This document shows, piece by piece, positions 60,901 to 64,000 of a stretch of 64,000 nt of DNA. The stretch comes from Chiloscyllium plagiosum (Eukaryota), in assembly GCF_004010195.1 (NCBI RefSeq), contig NC_057719.1:55634000-55697999 (forward strand), read 5' to 3'. The position numbers and the translations under genes are program-made. The notes beneath the pieces are model-generated. The model did not search any database. It saw nothing but the letters and a program-made list of their open reading frames with translations, and had not been told where the DNA came from. The first letter of the stretch is position 1. Every line of letters begins with the position of its first letter.

Positions 60901-61609
60901 GGCAAAAGTGAGGACTACAGATGCTGAAAACCAGAGTTTAGATTAGAGTGGTGCTGGAAAAGCGCAGCAGGTCAGGCAGCATCCGAGGAGCTGGAAAATC
61001 GACGTTTCGGGCAAAAGCCCTTCATCAGGAATGGAGGCAGGGAGCCTCCAGGGTGGAGAGATTAATGGAGGGGTGGGGCTGGGGAGAAAGTAGCAAAGAA
61101 TACAATAGGTGAATGGGGGTGGGGATGGAGGTGATAGGTCGGGGGGGTGGAGCGGATAGGTGGGAGGAGAGATTGGCAGGTAGGACAGGTCATGTGGATG
61201 GTGCTGAGCTGGAAGATTGGAACTGGGGTAAGGTGGGGGGAGGGGAAATGAGGAAACTCGTGAAGTCCACATTGATGCCCTGGGGTTGAAGTGTTCCGAG
61301 GTGGAAGATGAGGCATTCTTCCTCCAGGCGTCTGGTGTTGAGGAAGTAGGAGTGGGCCCAGGACCTGCATGTCCTCGGCAGAGTGGGAGGGGGAGTTGAA
61401 ATGTTGTGCCATGGGGCAGTGGGGTTGATTGGTGCGGGTGTCCCCAGCCCCAGCCCCCTCCCATTTATCTCTCTACCCTGCAGGCTCCCTGCTTCCATTC
61501 CTGATGAAGGGCTTTTGCCCGAAACATTGATTTTCCTGCTCCTCGAATGCTTCTAGTACCACTCTAATCTAGACTCTGATTTCCAGCATCTGCAGTCCTC
61601 ACTTTTGCC
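60901..61609. mobile_element. PLE with inverted terminal repeats (minus-strand GIY-YIG end plus inverted repeat copy)
   Basis: GGCAAAAGTGAGGACT at 60901 and AGTCCTCACTTTTGCC ending 61609; arms ~60901-61085 and ~61441-61609; AQHFNSPSHSAEDMQVLG, LEEECLIFHLGTLQPQGINVDF. Confidence 0.92.
60997..61032 (-). ncRNA. Minimal hammerhead ribozyme, intact core (partner at 61497-61530 (+) is mutated at the cleavage triplet)
   Basis: Minus strand ATTC-CTGATGA-A-GGGC-TTTT-GCCC-GAAAC-GTC-GATT. Confidence 0.7.
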
Positions 61610-62349
61610 TAGTTGTTAATTGTCAACCAGGTTTAATGGGTACAAATGGAGCAAGTGTACCTGCTATGTGACCTGCGTTTTGGTATCTGAATTAAGACTG
61701 GGCTCTGATAACTAGGATTCTGAATTGTATATTTAGCAGCTCACCAGGCTGTTTATCCATTTACAGGTTGCCTGAAAATTACAATAGGCACACTTCAGCA
61801 TCATTATGGTTTTATTATCATCTACTCACTTACTCTCTCTTCCATGCCACAGTTTTCAAAGCAGAAACAAATGGCCAACAGTTGAAAATCAGGGCCCTTA
61901 CTTCAGAACAGATACTGTTGGACTGTTTCTTTGCTTTTGCCAAAGACTTTAACTTTCATGACATTTGTAATTTGTCTTCCCCATTCATTCAATGCATGAT
62001 ACAATCCCAATGGGCACTCTCATGTTTATTTGTTTCTGGAGAAGAAAGGGAGGAACAATGGAGACGAGCAGCAGCAAAGGTAGATCCATCAATCCGTCAT
62101 GAATCTTACACCAAGGTATACATCCAGACACACAACAACATTCAATTGGCTCAGTAACAATGCTTCTTCTGGAGGAACAATCACTGATTTACACAGATCA
62201 TATACCTCTAACATCTCCAGCACAAAGACCATCCTGCCAGTGGCTGCAAAGGTCACAAATACTTTTGAGACCGTATATACTACAGGAGCATTTCAAGTTG
62301 CCAAAAAGATATCACTAACATGAAGTCCTTCAGGTTGCATACTTTACAT

Positions 62350-62790
62350 GGAATGATTTGGAGGTGCAGGTTTTAGACTGGGGTGAACAAAGTTAAAAAT
62401 CACACAACATCAGGTTATAGTCCAACAAGTTTATTTGGAAACACTAGCTTTCGGAGCGCCGCTCCTTCATCAGGTGGTAGTGGAGTATAAGATCGTAAGA
62501 CACAGAATTTAGTAAAAGTTTACAATGTGATGCAACTGAAATGATAAGACCTAGATTGCTTGTTAAGTCTCTCATCTTTTAAAATTACCATGTTGGTTTC
62601 AGTTCTTTCATGTGTAAATCCCAGAACTTTTTTTAAAGTTACATTCTCAAGTGAAATTTAACAATAGGTGCCATGTCAACTCAGATAATGCATTGAAGGT
62701 GTGAGGTTAGTCTCTCTGTCTGTGTACGAATGTTTAGACTTATTCTATTTTTTAAAAAGGGATCTACAGAAACTTACATGGATTCTTGAA
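62350..62790 (-). mobile_element. PLE fragment (family B)
   Basis: Terminal repeat related to 1-320 and 20045-20150. Confidence 0.75.
62442..62476 (-). ncRNA. Minimal hammerhead ribozyme (family B), intact
   Basis: Minus strand CAC-CTGATGA-A-GGAGC-GGC-GCTCC-GAAAG-CTA-GTG: stem I CAC/GTG, 5-bp stem II, palindromic AGCT stem III. Confidence 0.72.
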
Positions 62791-63287
62791 ATGCATTTTG
62801 TAAACATCAAGACTATTGCAATTGCAAAGTGTGGAACCTTTATTGGGGGCAGGTTGAATATTATTGCAAATTCTGTAAGATTCAAGTTGAAATGTTTCTG
62901 TAATTTGTTTTTACAGTGAATAAAGTATTTTTGGGGGAGAAAAAAAATTGTATATTTCTAACTACTTGCTCCAAAAGGAATTTTCAAAGCACTTTTCCAC
63001 AAACAACACATAACAGCAAGACAAGATTTTGTAATCTACTGATGGCAGAATTGTTAAGCATTCAATGTCATAGAGATTGTACCCACACGATAATATGTTC
63101 TCCCTTGATCAATGCCACCAGCTTTATCAACAGGATAACAATCCATTCATTCAATGTGCAGCTTGTTCTGCAGCAGCAATACATCATACAAGTAAATGCT
63201 TACTTATCTGACAAGTTACACTATCTCTTCAATTTAAGGCAATTCAGCATTCCAGCATTCATCTACTTTGAATGGGATACAAACTAG

Positions 63288-64000
63288 TTAGAGACATAGA
63301 GATGTACAGCACGGAAACAGACCCTTCAATCCAGCTCATCCATGCCAACCAGATATCCTAAATTAATCTCATCCCATTTGCCAGCATTTGGCCCATATCC
63401 CTCTAAACCCTTCCTATTCGTATACCCATTCAGATGCCTTTTAAATATTGTAATTGCACCAACCTCCACCAGTTTGTCGAGCAGCTCATTCCATACACAC
63501 ACCACCCTCTGCATGAAAAAGTTGCTCCTTAGGTCTCTTTTATACCTTTCCCCTCTCACCCTAAACTTAAGCCCTTGAGTTCTGGATGCCCCCACCTCAG
63601 GGAAAAGATTTTGTCTATTTACCCTATCCATGCCCCTCATGATGTTAAAAACCCCGAAAAGGCCACCACTCAGCCTCCAACACTCCAGGGAAAACAGCTC
63701 CAGCTTATTCAGCCTCTCTCTATAGGTCAAACCCTCTAACCCTGGCAACATCCTTGTAAATCTTTTCTGAACCCTTTCCTAAAGAAGGAAGACCAGAATT
63801 ACACACAACATTCCAAAAACGCCCTAATCAATGTCCTGTACAGCTGCAACATGACCTCCCAACTGATATACTCAATGCTGACCAATAAAAGAAAGCATAC
63901 TAAATGCTTTCTTCACTATCCTATCTATCTGTGACTCTACTTTCGAGGAGCTATGAATGTGCATGCCAAAGTCACTTTGTTCAGCACCACTCCACAGGAC
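63288..64000 (-). mobile_element. CR1 3' portion, runs off the window
   Basis: MLPGLEGLTYRERLNKLELFSLE..KRDLRSNFFMQRVV; same subfamily as 48904-49839. Confidence 0.95.

Noticed and set aside
60901..61609. TIR DNA transposon (MITE)
   Set aside because: The inverted ends are PLE terminal repeats with hammerhead motifs, and the interior encodes PLE GIY-YIG residues.
61768..62323. 129-aa and 74-aa plus-strand ORFs after an AG acceptor-like site
   Set aside because: No recognisable protein features and no convincing donor.

Overview
This is vertebrate (not microbial) DNA, very probably from a shark or ray. The inference rests on the repeat inventory: HE1-like V-SINEs with CR1 tails, SacSINE1-like DeuSINEs, HER1/CR1 LINEs and abundant Penelope-like elements (PLEs). 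The window is intronic or intergenic and made mostly of decayed transposons: CR1 LINEs, a second single-ORF APE+RT LINE family with a partner SINE, Tx1-clade LINEs, a Gypsy pol relic, two PIF/Harbinger Myb/SANT gene relics and about 20 PLE fragments. There is one assembly gap (42184-43124) and no intact protein-coding gene. The only host-gene candidate is a minus-strand signal-peptide-like exon at 922-1052. Four observations stand out. (1) About 15 minimal hammerhead-ribozyme motifs occur in three or four PLE terminal-repeat families and show covarying stems. (2) Short ~90-130 bp insertions begin almost exactly at the ribozyme, and several have target-site duplications (TSDs). (3) Several PLE insertions are inverted (hairpin-like) or nested. 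(4) An apparently ORF1-less LINE has 5' and 3' ends that together make up a local SINE. These belong to known element classes. I see no firm evidence of a wholly new system, although the details may be undescribed for this lineage. Boundaries were read by eye and are approximate unless a TSD is quoted.
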